A DNA stretch of 64,000 bases, taken from the NCBI RefSeq assembly GCF_058153355.1, contig NZ_CM177019.1; one strand, given 5' to 3'. The stretch's first letter is position 1. Each line of letters opens with the position of its first letter. Positions 41,681-50,682 of this stretch are shown one piece after another. The notes beneath the pieces were generated by a model that was not told where the DNA came from, did not search any database, and worked only from the letters and a program-made list of their open reading frames with translations. The position numbers and the translations under genes are program-made.

Positions 41681-42927
41681 CAGGAGCGTGCTCCTTTTTT
41701 AGCGTATTCGCGGCTGGTGGCTTTCTCTTCCGAAGTGGTGGCGCTTTGAGCTTCAACCACTTCCACTTTCGCCCCTTCGGTCAGACGATCAATGCCATCC
41801 GTCACTACGCGGTCGCCTGCAGAAATACCTGCGCGGATCACCACTTTCTGACTGTCCTGAATGCCCGGCGTCACCAGATGTTTGCTGACCTTGTTTTCGC
41901 TATTCAGCACCCAGACAAAATGGCCTTCGTTGCCCATTTGCAGGGCGGCGGTGGGGATCACCACGGCGTTTTGTTCGGTGTCGACTAACATGCGCGCGTT
42001 AACAAACTGATTGGGAAACAGCGCATCATCCTGATTATTAAAGCGTGCTTTCACTTTAATCGTACCGGTAGTGGCATCGATTTGGTTATCGAGACTTAAC
42101 AGCGTGCCTTCACTTAATTTCTTCGAGTTGGTGCGATCCCAGGCTTCAACAACCAGCGGTTTTCCGGCTTTTTGCGCCTGTACTACGGTAGTGATATCGC
42201 TTTCCGGCAGGGTAAAGAGCAAATCGATAGGATGCGTCTGGGTGATCACCACAATTCCGGTGGTATCACCACTGGAGATTTGGTTACCAACATCAACCTG
42301 CTTGAGACCAACGCGACCATCGACTGGTGCGGTGATGCGGCTCCAGTCGAGTTGCAGCTGCGCACTGGCGACGCTCGCTTCATCAGCCTTAATGGTACCT
42401 TCGGTTTCACTGACCAGCGCCTGTTGGGCATCCAATTCCTGACGGGAGACGAGATTGGTTTTTGCCAGTTGCTGATAACGCGCTAAATCACGGCGGGCGT
42501 TGGCTAGTGTGGCTTTATCTTTTGCCAGTTGCCCCTGAGCTTGTGCTAATGCAACTTTGAACTGGCTGGGGTCAATTTCTGCCAGTAAATCGCCTGCTTT
42601 GACCTGCTGACCCTCCTGGAAATGTAATGCCATCAGTTGACCATCTACGCGACTGCGCACCGTAACGGTGTTAGCAGCGGTAATCGTACCAAGCCCGGTG
42701 AGGTAACGCGGAACCGCCTGTTCCACGGCAGTTGCTGCCTGAACCGGGGCCAATGGGCCGGAACGCATACCACGGCGGCCACCGGCTGGCGACTGCTGTG
42801 CTTGCTTCGTCGCACCTGGCGCTGCGCTCTGGGATTCATTGCGGCCTTGCCAGAACCAGAAAGCGGCGATGGCGGCGATAACCACCACGATTACGATTAC
42901 CCAACGGGATTTATAACTGCCTTTCAT
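41680..42927 (-). CDS. mdtA: Membrane fusion protein MdtA
   Basis: 415 aa from [16 protein letters not shown] (track ORF extends to 43074). Confidence 0.93.
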   Translation of the reverse strand: MKGSYKSRWVIVIVVVIAAIAAFWFWQGRNESQSAAPGATKQAQQSPAGGRRGMRSGPLAPVQAATAVEQAVPRYLTGLGTITAANTVTVRSRVDGQLMALHFQEGQQVKAGDLLAEIDPSQFKVALAQAQGQLAKDKATLANARRDLARYQQLAKTNLVSRQELDAQQALVSETEGTIKADEASVASAQLQLDWSRITAPVDGRVGLKQVDVGNQISSGDTTGIVVITQTHPIDLLFTLPESDITTVVQAQKAGKPLVVEAWDRTNSKKLSEGTLLSLDNQIDATTGTIKVKARFNNQDDALFPNQFVNARMLVDTEQNAVVIPTAALQMGNEGHFVWVLNSENKVSKHLVTPGIQDSQKVVIRAGISAGDRVVTDGIDRLTEGAKVEVVEAQSATTSEEKATSREYAKKGARS

Positions 42928-43124
42928 CGTTAAGAGTTTCTCTTCCTGAAACGTTTCGCGGAATGATACTAGTGTAGCCAGCCAATAAGGGAGAAAAATG
43001 GAGGAATTATGAAACACTGTCGGGAATCGTCTGAATGACGGGCACTTTTGCGAGCACGCATCCAGTAATAACACAGGAAACTATTTTATCTACGCGTTAG
43101 CGATAGACTGCATTAAGGGCAAAA

Positions 43125-43265
43125 GGAGGTAGGCCGACGATTTCAGCGGGACGCTGAAACGGGAAAGCCCCTCCCGAGGAAGGGGCCTTAAATAAGGAAA
43201 GGGTCATGATGAAGTGGATCATCATCGTGGTGCTCTTAGTCGTTAGCTACCCAGCTTACTAAGAC
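43125..43265 (-). ncRNA. sib: Sib antisense sRNA (antitoxin) overlapping ibs copy 1; ends approximate
   Basis: By established knowledge Sib RNAs (~140 nt) are encoded antisense to and fully overlap ibs; boundaries not determinable here. Confidence 0.35.
43206..43262 (+). CDS. ibs: Ibs-family small hydrophobic toxin peptide (MMKWIIIVVLLVVSYPAY)
   Basis: 18-aa ORF in repeat unit 1; resembles IbsA/IbsB of E. coli. Confidence 0.7.
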   Translation: MMKWIIIVVLLVVSYPAY

Positions 43266-43452
43266 TACCAGGGCGGGGGAAACCCCGCTCAACCCTCACT
43301 CCTGAAAATATGCCTTCACGGTCAGAATGTCAATCCGCAGGCTTTGCAGTCTGCGATCCTGCCAGCAAATATTCTTTGCGAGTCGTTACGCAATAATCAC
43401 AGATGAAACTATTTTATCTAAGCGTTAGCGATAGACTGCATTCAGGGCAAAA

Positions 43453-43593
43453 GGAGGTAGGCCGACGATTTCAGCGGGACGCTGAAACGGGAAAGCCCCT
43501 CCCGAGGAAGGGGCCTTAAATAAGGAAAGGGTCATGATGAAGATACTCATCATCGTGGTGCTCTTAGTCATTAGCTTACCGGCTTACTAAGAC
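43453..43593 (-). ncRNA. sib: Sib antisense sRNA overlapping ibs copy 2; ends approximate
   Basis: As for copy 1. Confidence 0.35.
43534..43590 (+). CDS. ibs: Ibs-family small hydrophobic toxin peptide (MMKILIIVVLLVISLPAY)
   Basis: 18-aa ORF in repeat unit 2. Confidence 0.7.
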   Translation: MMKILIIVVLLVISLPAY

Positions 43594-43780
43594 TACCAGG
43601 GCGGGGGAAACCCCGCTCTACCCTCACTCCTGAAAGTATGCCTTCACAATCAGATTGTCAATCCGCAGGCTTTGTAGTCTGCGATCCTGCCAGCAAATAT
43701 TCTTTGCGAGACGTTACGCAATAATCACATGTGAAACTATTTTATCTGCAAGTTAGCGATAGACTGCTTGCATGGCGAAA

Positions 43781-43921
43781 GGAGGTAGGCCGCCGATTTC
43801 AGCGGGACGCTGAAACGGGAAAGCCCCTCCCGAGGAAGGGGCCTTAAATAAGGAAAGGGTCATGATGAAGCTACTCATCATCGTGGTGCTCTTAGTTATT
43901 AGCTGGCCAGCTTACTAAGAC
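43781..43921 (-). ncRNA. sib: Sib antisense sRNA overlapping ibs copy 3; ends approximate
   Basis: As for copy 1. Confidence 0.35.
43862..43918 (+). CDS. ibs: Ibs-family small hydrophobic toxin peptide (MMKLLIIVVLLVISWPAY)
   Basis: 18-aa ORF in repeat unit 3. Confidence 0.7.
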   Translation: MMKLLIIVVLLVISWPAY

Positions 43922-44135
43922 TACCAGGGCGGGGGAAACCCCGCTCTACCCTCACTCCTGAAGTTATGTTACTCCACCCTTATTGTCAATCTGTAAGTCC
44001 ACGTTCTTGCGGGGCGAATAGCAAAACCCTCTGCGCTTATGGGCCGAATTCTGAAAGTTGCTTTGCCTGCTCTTATTTCATTATTGCAGTCGGTATGATA
44101 CCGGACCTCAATAATTCTCTAAGAAAGGATTTCTT

Positions 44136-44795
44136 ATGAGCGAACAAATCACGTTTGCCACCAGCGATTTTGCCAGTAACCCGGAACCACGTTGCCCCTG
44201 CATTTTGCTGTTGGATGTTTCTGGTTCGATGAGTGGTAGACCTATTAATGAACTTAACGCCGGATTGGTTACCTTTCGCGATGAACTGCTTGCCGATTCG
44301 CTGGCCTTAAAAAGAGTGGAACTCGGTATTGTGACGTTCGGCCCGGTGCATGTGGAACAACCATTTACCAGCGCCGCTAATTTTTTCCCGCCCATCCTGT
44401 TTGCCCAGGGCGATACACCAATGGGGGCCGCCATTACCAAAGCCCTGAATATGGTTGAGGAGCGCAAACGTGAGTATCGCGCCAATGGTATTTCCTATTA
44501 TCGTCCGTGGATTTTCCTGATTACCGATGGCGCACCAACCGATGAGTGGCAGGCTGCTGCCAACAAGGTGTTTCAGGGGGAAGAAGATAAGAAGTTTGCC
44601 TTCTTTTCCATCGGTGTTCAGGGGGCGGATATGAAGACGCTGGCCCAAATCAGCGTTCGTCAGCCTTTGCCACTGCAGGGATTACAATTCCGTGAACTGT
44701 TTAGCTGGTTATCCAGTTCGCTGCGTTCGGTTTCCCGCTCCACGCCGGGAACGGAAGTTGTACTGGAAGCGCCAAAAGGCTGGACGTCAGTGTGA
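44136..44795 (+). CDS. yegL: von Willebrand factor A-domain protein YegL
   Basis: 219 aa, MIDAS-like DVSGSMSG motif. Confidence 0.9.
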   Translation: MSEQITFATSDFASNPEPRCPCILLLDVSGSMSGRPINELNAGLVTFRDELLADSLALKRVELGIVTFGPVHVEQPFTSAANFFPPILFAQGDTPMGAAITKALNMVEERKREYRANGISYYRPWIFLITDGAPTDEWQAAANKVFQGEEDKKFAFFSIGVQGADMKTLAQISVRQPLPLQGLQFRELFSWLSSSLRSVSRSTPGTEVVLEAPKGWTSV

Positions 44796-45553
44796 GCTGG
44801 CGTCTGGTTTATGCATCAGCCGTTGGAACGTCGCACATCAGCGCTGACTTGTCTTGCCAGGATGCCTGCCAGATGCAGGTTGCCTGGCTAGAAGACCAGC
44901 AGCCATTATTGTCGGTATTTGTCGCTGATGGCGCAGGCAGCGTCTCGCAGGGAGGCGAAGGTGCGAAGCTTGCCGTCAATGAAGCGATGGCTTATATATC
45001 GCAAAAAGTGCAGGGTGGGGAATTAGGGCTTAATGATGTTCTCGCCACGGATATTGTACTGACTATTCGTCAGCGACTTTTTGCCGAGGCAGAGGCCAAA
45101 GAATTAGCGGTTCGCGATTTTGCCTGCACATTTCTGGGACTGATTTCATCGCCTAACGGCACATTGATTATGCAGATTGGCGATGGTGGCGTGGTGGTAG
45201 ATTTGGGGCACGGTTTGCAATTGCCGCTCACGCCGATGGTGGGTGAATATGCCAACATGACGCATTTCATTACCGATGAAGATGCCGTTTCCAGACTGGA
45301 AACTTTCACCAGCACTGAGCGTGCGCATAGAGTTGCAGCATTTACGGATGGTATTCAGAGACTGGCGTTAAATATGCTGGATAATTCTCCGCATGTGCCT
45401 TTCTTTACCCCGTTTTTCAATGGACTGGCGTCAGCAACGCAGGAACAACTCGATTTATTACCTGAATTGTTAAAGCAGTTTTTGTCCAGCCCAGCGGTAA
45501 ACGAGCGTACCGATGATGATAAAACGTTAGCACTGGCTATGTGGACAGAATGA
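44792..45553 (+). CDS. yegK: PP2C-family protein phosphatase YegK (PphC)
   Basis: 253 aa; overlaps the yegL stop; K-12 synteny. Confidence 0.88.
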   Translation: MSWRLVYASAVGTSHISADLSCQDACQMQVAWLEDQQPLLSVFVADGAGSVSQGGEGAKLAVNEAMAYISQKVQGGELGLNDVLATDIVLTIRQRLFAEAEAKELAVRDFACTFLGLISSPNGTLIMQIGDGGVVVDLGHGLQLPLTPMVGEYANMTHFITDEDAVSRLETFTSTERAHRVAAFTDGIQRLALNMLDNSPHVPFFTPFFNGLASATQEQLDLLPELLKQFLSSPAVNERTDDDKTLALAMWTE

Positions 45554-45617
45554 ACATCGCATGGCGGTTGAAGACAACGGTTCAACCGCCAGTTTAAGCA
45601 ATCAATATAATGGCTGG

Positions 45618-46079
45618 CTAGCGAACTAACTTTGCTCTTAGCTCGTCGGCTTCTTCTTTTGGATAGGTGACCAATAAAGGATCAATGGTATAACCACCGT
45701 AAATTTTATCCCCGCGCGTATACATCCAGTCTGAAATATCTTCTTTCTTGATTTTCCACTCCTGGCCATATTCTACGTTTGTAACAATACCAGGGTCATT
45801 GCTTATTATACCAATAAACATGCCGTTAGAATAAGTCACATCCGTGAGCCAGAAATGCTCGGTTTCTCCGCGATCGGTTATCGGGGCTTTGACTGCGAAA
45901 GTATCAGCATCTTTTTTATTCATAACTTCGATGAATTGATCGGTTTCTTTCCGCGCATGTTTAATCGCGTCAGACATCGCCTTTTTATCATAACCTCCCG
46001 TCACTAACGTATCCGAAACTTCACTAAAGCCCGCGGTAGTAAAAAATAGCAGACACAACATAAGTAATATCTTTTTCAT
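45618..46079 (-). CDS. yegJ: Secreted protein of unknown function YegJ
   Basis: 153 aa with signal peptide MKKILLMLCLLFFTTAGFS. Confidence 0.85.
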   Translation of the reverse strand: MKKILLMLCLLFFTTAGFSEVSDTLVTGGYDKKAMSDAIKHARKETDQFIEVMNKKDADTFAVKAPITDRGETEHFWLTDVTYSNGMFIGIISNDPGIVTNVEYGQEWKIKKEDISDWMYTRGDKIYGGYTIDPLLVTYPKEEADELRAKLVR

Positions 46080-46279
46080 TTTTTCTCCAGAATCCCTGTG
46101 TAGTAAAAGTTAGCAAAAAACCTGTGGAAGTGAATCATTATCAGGTTGGAATTGAATTGTATCCTGATGAAATTGCATTATCATTTTTATTCTTGAGTGG
46201 GACTCTTCCAATATGGAAATAATTATAATGGGCAGTGTTATTATTCATTGAAATATAATATGACTGCCCTTGAAACATT

Positions 46280-48226
46280 ATGAAGAAAAATATAAAAGTA
46301 TTTACATCGACAGGTGAATTGACCACTCTCGGGCGTGAACTGGGCAAAGGTGGCGAAGGCGCGGTTTATGATATCGAGGAGTTTGTCGATAGCGTCGCCA
46401 AGATTTATCACACGCCGCCACCCGCCTTAAAACAGGACAAACTTGCCTTTATGGCTGCGACAGTTGACGCGCAGTTGCTGAATTATGTCACCTGGCCGCA
46501 AGCAACGCTTCATAGTGGACGAGGTGGGAAGGTTATCGGTTTTATGATGCCAAAAGTTTCTGGTAAAGAACCGATTCATATGATCTATAGCCCGGCACAT
46601 CGTCGCCAGAGTTACCCTCATTGTGCGTGGGATTTTCTCCTCTATGTTGCGCGCAATATTGCTTCATCTTTTGCTACGGTTCATGAGCACGGGCACGTCG
46701 TGGGTGACGTAAACCAGAACAGCTTTATGGTAGGTCGCGACAGCAAAGTGGTGTTGATCGATAGTGACTCCTTTCAGATTAACGCCAATGGCACACTGCA
46801 TTTATGCGAAGTCGGCGTGTCGCATTTTACGCCGCCAGAGCTGCAAACCTTGTCGTCATTTGTTGGCTTTGAACGCACAGAAAATCACGATAATTTTGGC
46901 CTTGCATTGCTGATTTTTCACGTCTTGTTTGGTGGGCGGCATCCTTATTCTGGTGTGCCGCTTATCTCTGATGCGGGTAATGCGCTGGAGACGGATATTG
47001 CCCATTTTCGTTATGCCTACGCGTCAGACAATCAGAGACGTGGCTTAAAACCGCCGCCACGATCGATTCCGCTATCGATGTTACCGGGTGATGTTGCAGC
47101 CATGTTTCAGCAGGCATTCACGGAAAGTGGCGTGGCAACCTCGCGTCCGACGGCAAAAGCGTGGGTAGCGGCACTGGATTCTCTACGCCAACAGTTAAAG
47201 AAATGTACCGTTTCAGCAATGCATGTTTACCCTGGTCATTTAACCGACTGCCCGTGGTGTACACTGGATAATCAAGGCGTTATCTATTTTATTGATCTTG
47301 GCGAAGAGGTGATTACCACCGGCGGTGATTTTGTGCTGGCGAAAGTCTGGGCGATGGTGATGGCGTCAGTAGCACCGCCAGCACTACAGTTACCATTACC
47401 CGCTCATTTCCAACCAGCTGGCAGGCCGCTTCCTTTAGGCCTGTTACGGCGTGAATACATTATTCTGATTGAGATCGCACTGTCAGCGTTATCGCTGTTG
47501 CTTTGCGGTCTTCAGGCAGAACCGCGTTATATTATTTTGGTGCCTGTGCTGGCGGCTATCTGGATTATTGGCAGTCTGACAAGCAAAGCTTACAAAGCAG
47601 AAGTCCAGCACCGTCGTGAGGTATTTAATCGTGCGAAAATGGACTATGACCATTTAGTCAGCCAGATCCAACAGTTGGGCGGGTTGGAAGGTTTTATCGC
47701 CAAACGGACGATGCTCGAAAAAATGAAGGACGAAATTCTCGGTTTACCGGAAGAAGAAAAGCGCGCGGTGGCAGCACTTCATGACACCGCAAGGGAACGG
47801 CAGAAGCAGAAGTTTCTGGAGGGATTTTTTATTGATGTTGCCTCTATTCCCGGCGTTGGCCCTGCGCGTAAAGCGGCGTTACGGTCTTTTGGTATTGAAA
47901 CAGCAGCAGATGTTACCCGTCGTGGTGTTAAGCAAGTGAAAGGGTTTGGTGACCATCTGACCCAGGCGGTTATCGACTGGAAAGCGAGTTGCGAACGCCG
48001 TTTTGTGTTCAGGCCGAATGAAGCGGTAACGCCAGCAGACAGACAAGCGGTAATGGCGAAAATGACCGCCAAACGACATCGGCTGGAATCGGCGCTGACT
48101 GTCGGCGCGACAGAGTTGCAGCGATTCCGCCTTCATGCTCCTGCACGGACCATGCCGTTGATGGAACCATTACGTCAGGCAGCGGAGAAACTGGCTCAGG
48201 CGCAGGCTGATTTAAGCCGCTGCTGA
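46280..48226 (+). CDS. yegI: Protein kinase-like protein YegI
   Basis: 648 aa; N-terminal kinase-like fold, TM segments, C-terminal helical region. Confidence 0.88.
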   Translation: MKKNIKVFTSTGELTTLGRELGKGGEGAVYDIEEFVDSVAKIYHTPPPALKQDKLAFMAATVDAQLLNYVTWPQATLHSGRGGKVIGFMMPKVSGKEPIHMIYSPAHRRQSYPHCAWDFLLYVARNIASSFATVHEHGHVVGDVNQNSFMVGRDSKVVLIDSDSFQINANGTLHLCEVGVSHFTPPELQTLSSFVGFERTENHDNFGLALLIFHVLFGGRHPYSGVPLISDAGNALETDIAHFRYAYASDNQRRGLKPPPRSIPLSMLPGDVAAMFQQAFTESGVATSRPTAKAWVAALDSLRQQLKKCTVSAMHVYPGHLTDCPWCTLDNQGVIYFIDLGEEVITTGGDFVLAKVWAMVMASVAPPALQLPLPAHFQPAGRPLPLGLLRREYIILIEIALSALSLLLCGLQAEPRYIILVPVLAAIWIIGSLTSKAYKAEVQHRREVFNRAKMDYDHLVSQIQQLGGLEGFIAKRTMLEKMKDEILGLPEEEKRAVAALHDTARERQKQKFLEGFFIDVASIPGVGPARKAALRSFGIETAADVTRRGVKQVKGFGDHLTQAVIDWKASCERRFVFRPNEAVTPADRQAVMAKMTAKRHRLESALTVGATELQRFRLHAPARTMPLMEPLRQAAEKLAQAQADLSRC

Positions 48227-48238
48227 GCCATTTTTCAA

Positions 48239-49591
48239 TTAACGAAACACCACTTCTGCCCAACGTGCCAGCCCGGCGGTAACCGACCCAAAGTCATCGC
48301 CGCCTGCAATTGGAATGCCCGGCAACTGTTCTGCCAGCGCTTTTTTAATCAGCGGTGATCGGGCGCTACCACCAGTCAGATAGATGACATCCGGTTTTTC
48401 CTGGGCGTTATCCAGCGCCAGTTGCACCTGTTCCAGAATTCGCGCCAGCGGCTGACTGAGGGCGTTTTCCAGTCCTTGTTGGCTAATCAGTGTTGCCAGT
48501 TCATCGCTGATAAACGGCAGCGATGCGCGGGTTTCCGCTGCGCTGGAAAGGGCGATTTTGCTCTCTTCCGCGCTGCGTACCAGCCGATAACTTAAACGCT
48601 GACGCCAGACTTTCTGTAACAGGGCCACTTTCTCCGGTTCGCGGGCGTCGCGTACCAGGTCGTTAAGCAGACGACCGTTAGCACTACTGTAGAAATCACT
48701 CTGCGCTGGTACATCGTTGATGGCAACCGCATTCCACCACGGCAGGATCGGCAGGGCGATGCCTTTTTCGGTTTCGCCACCCATGCCCAGTAACGGCATC
48801 AGGTTTTTAAACGCCAGCGCGATATCCAGATCGTTACCACCAATACGGCAACCACTATGACCCAGCAGGCTGGCTTCACGATCGAGACGCGAACGCCACT
48901 GTGGCCCCATTAGCAGTAAAGAACAGTCAGTCGTACCACCACCAATATCCACCACCAGCACCCGTTTTTCTTCCTGCAAGGTGGCTTCGTAATCCAGCCC
49001 AGCCGCCACCGGCTCGTACTGGAATACCACATCCTTAAACCCGGCACGCTTCGCTGCGCGCTCCAGAATCCCTTGTGCCTGGGCGTTTGCTTCATCGCCG
49101 CCCAGCCCCTGGAAGTTGATCGGGCGACCAATCACCGCCTGGGTAATCGCTTCTGGCAATTGCGCCTGCGCCTGTTGGCGAATGTGCAGCATCATTGCGC
49201 AGACCAGATCCTCAAACAGCGCTACCTGCTGCGGTTTTAAGCCGCTGGCACCGAGGAACGATTTTGGTGATTTCACAAACCACACTTCTTCCGGATCATC
49301 AATGTATTGTGCCAGTGAAGAAAGACCGAACTGCACGCTTTTCGCCGTGACATCGATATCTTCTTCGCGGTTATAACGAATTGCCCGACGTAATAGCGCC
49401 TGCGTTTCATTGTCGTCTGCCGGAACATCATGATGGCGGTACAGCCATTCGCTTACCGCTTCACGCGTTGGCGCGCAAAGCATTGAAGGCAGCAGCGTGC
49501 TGTCGTTTTCCATTTTCAGTAATTGCGGTTTACCGTCACGCATGACCGCCACTGAACAGTTTGCTGTACCGTAATCAAAACCAATAAACAC
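48239..49591 (-). CDS. yegD: Hsp70/actin-fold ATPase YegD, probable GTG start
   Basis: 450 aa from a GTG start (MFIGFDYGTANCSVAV), preceded by gggga SD; the track ORF extends upstream without an in-frame ATG at the right place. Confidence 0.85.
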   Translation of the reverse strand: MFIGFDYGTANCSVAVMRDGKPQLLKMENDSTLLPSMLCAPTREAVSEWLYRHHDVPADDNETQALLRRAIRYNREEDIDVTAKSVQFGLSSLAQYIDDPEEVWFVKSPKSFLGASGLKPQQVALFEDLVCAMMLHIRQQAQAQLPEAITQAVIGRPINFQGLGGDEANAQAQGILERAAKRAGFKDVVFQYEPVAAGLDYEATLQEEKRVLVVDIGGGTTDCSLLLMGPQWRSRLDREASLLGHSGCRIGGNDLDIALAFKNLMPLLGMGGETEKGIALPILPWWNAVAINDVPAQSDFYSSANGRLLNDLVRDAREPEKVALLQKVWRQRLSYRLVRSAEESKIALSSAAETRASLPFISDELATLISQQGLENALSQPLARILEQVQLALDNAQEKPDVIYLTGGSARSPLIKKALAEQLPGIPIAGGDDFGSVTAGLARWAEVVFR

Positions 49592-49724
49592 GAAATAATC
49601 CCCATGCCGGTGAAGAAGGGGCGTGACTTTAGCGAAATGTTGCCGTCGCGACAACCGGAATATGAAAGCAAAGCGCAGCGTCTGAATAACGTTTATGCTG
49701 AAAGCGGATAAACAAGGAGAAGCG

Positions 49725-50573
49725 ATGTATACCCTGAACTGGCAGCCGCCATATGACTGGTCGTGGATGTTGGGATTTCTCGCCGCCCGCGCGGTGAGCG
49801 GCGTGGAAACGGTCGCTGACGATTTTTATGCCCGTAGTCTGGCGGTGGGCGAATATCGCGGCGTGGTGACTGCTATTCCGGATATAGCCAGCCATACTCT
49901 GCACATAAATTTAAGTGCAGGTTTAGAACCTGTTGCCGCTGAGTGTCTGGCGAAAATGAGCCGCCTGTTTGATCTGCAATGTCACCCGCAGATTGTTAAC
50001 GGTGCGTTGGGCAAGTTAGGCGCGGCGCGGCCCGGATTGCGTTTACCTGGTTGTGTTGATGCTTTTGAGCAGGGCGTGCGGGCGATTTTAGGCCAACTGG
50101 TGAGCGTGGCGATGGCGGCAAAATTGACCGCCAGAGTGGCACAGCTTTATGGCGAACGGCTGGATGATTTTCCGGATTATGTCTGCTTCCCCACGCCTCA
50201 GCGGCTGGCTGCAGCCGACCCGCAGGCATTAAAAGTGTTAGGTATGCCGTTGAAACGGGCAGAGGCGCTGATTCATCTGGCAAATGCGGCGCTGGAGGGC
50301 ACCTTACCAATGACAATACCGAGCGACGTAGAACAAGCGATGAAAACGCTGCAAACTTTTCCGGGTATCGGGCGCTGGACGGCGAATTATTTCGCCTTAC
50401 GTGGTTGGCAGGCGAAAGATGTTTTCCTGCCGGATGATTATCTGATTAAACAGCGATTTCCGGGAATGACACCGGCACAAATCCGCCGTTATGCCGAACG
50501 CTGGAAGCCCTGGCGTTCTTATGCGCTGTTGCATATCTGGTATACGGAAGGCTGGCAACCAGACGAAGCATGA
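49725..50573 (+). CDS. alkA: 3-methyladenine DNA glycosylase II AlkA
   Basis: 282 aa from MYTLNWQPPYDW; helix-hairpin-helix glycosylase. Confidence 0.95.
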   Translation: MYTLNWQPPYDWSWMLGFLAARAVSGVETVADDFYARSLAVGEYRGVVTAIPDIASHTLHINLSAGLEPVAAECLAKMSRLFDLQCHPQIVNGALGKLGAARPGLRLPGCVDAFEQGVRAILGQLVSVAMAAKLTARVAQLYGERLDDFPDYVCFPTPQRLAAADPQALKVLGMPLKRAEALIHLANAALEGTLPMTIPSDVEQAMKTLQTFPGIGRWTANYFALRGWQAKDVFLPDDYLIKQRFPGMTPAQIRRYAERWKPWRSYALLHIWYTEGWQPDEA

Positions 50574-50574
50574 C

Positions 50575-50682
50575 GTTGGTCGCCGGATGCGGTGCGAGCG
50601 CCTTATCCGGCCTGGGGAATGAGCGATTTGTAGGCATGATAAGACGCGTTAGCGTCGCATCAGGCAATGGGCAAACGCTCCC
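50575..50682. repeat. REP (repetitive extragenic palindrome) elements
   Basis: gccggatgcggtgcgagcgccttatccggcc and gcatgataagacgcgttagcgtcgcatcaggc motifs. Confidence 0.6.

Larger units (their letters stand above)
43080..43980. repeat. Three tandem ~330-bp ibs/sib type I toxin-antitoxin repeat units
   Basis: Three near-identical units, each starting ctattttatct...gttagcgatagactgc and each carrying an 18-codon hydrophobic ORF. Confidence 0.85.

Noticed and set aside
43080-43980. Possible CRISPR array (regular tandem repeats)
   Set aside because: Repeat units are ~330 bp, each containing a conserved small ORF and no short repeat/spacer alternation; they are ibs/sib toxin-antitoxin modules.
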